Assembly (NCBI GenBank): GCA_003344405.1 | Contig: NOWV01000023.1 | Coordinates: 124,001 to 188,000 of the forward strand | Direction: 5' to 3' | DNA length: 64,000 bases | Source: Trichoplax sp. H2 | Lineage: Eukaryota | Shown: positions 63,581 through 64,000 of the stretch, piece after piece | Layout: each line of letters opens with the position of its first letter | Numbering within the stretch: the first letter of the stretch is position 1 | Notes under the pieces: generated by a model | The model's database searches: none | What the model was told of the DNA's origin: nothing | What the model saw: only the letters and a program-made list of their open reading frames with translations | Position numbers and translations under genes: made by a program

Positions 63581-64000
63581 CAAGATATACCCTGAATATA
63601 TATTAACTTTGCAAATTTTCTTTGTTTATTGATATTAGTGAGATAATCAGTCAAATTACACACATGTAACGCAGCACTCGTTATATTGCAATAGCATACC
63701 CATATAAAAATTAATCGCTAAACTTGTCATTAAACATTCCCATTACAATTTCATCACTGCCGCAGAATAAAAATGCATCGTTAAAATTACAGACAATGTT
63801 TAACCTTTGAGGATAAATATCAATATGCACATTTCAAGCATTGATTGTACTGTACTACTAAATTCATTATGCGCCTTGAAAGAAAGCTATTGTCGTAAAC
63901 GTTATTTCTTTTTGTTATTGTATACGAAGGTTTATCTACGATTCCAGGAGTTGTTGTCTATACTACTATCGAAGTCCTAACGACATGCTGGCTCTAGGGT

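Overview
AT-rich, intron-dense eukaryotic DNA from a compact animal genome. Short GT-AG introns and early-branching-metazoan-like proteins suggest a placozoan (Trichoplax/Hoilungia-like); this is inference, not proven. Hand-spliced genes in order: VCPIP1 (-, runs off the left edge), ZC3H4/ZC3H6-like (+), ZW10 (-), ILVBL/HACL2 (+), DNMBP/Tuba-like SH3-DH-BAR GEF (-), an uncharacterised helical protein (-), a standalone intronless 99-aa GIY-YIG nuclease (-), ATP6V1C (+), MASTL/Greatwall (-), a short unknown ORF (+) and a probably degenerate membrane-protein gene, possibly prominin-like (-). Most genes form head-to-head pairs. The top observation is the bacterial-looking GIY-YIG mini-nuclease, which has an intact catalytic set and a textbook heat-shock promoter (two perfect three-unit HSEs, a TATA box and an Inr-like site). 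Also notable: a U12-type AT-AC intron in the ZC3H gene, a GC-AG intron in ATP6V1C, a CDE/CHR-like element upstream of MASTL, TACAGTA/TACTGTA clusters marking gene 5' regions, and eight unrelated tandem arrays (65-185 bp units) concentrated near gene 5' ends. No tRNA, rRNA, CRISPR array or complete transposon was found.
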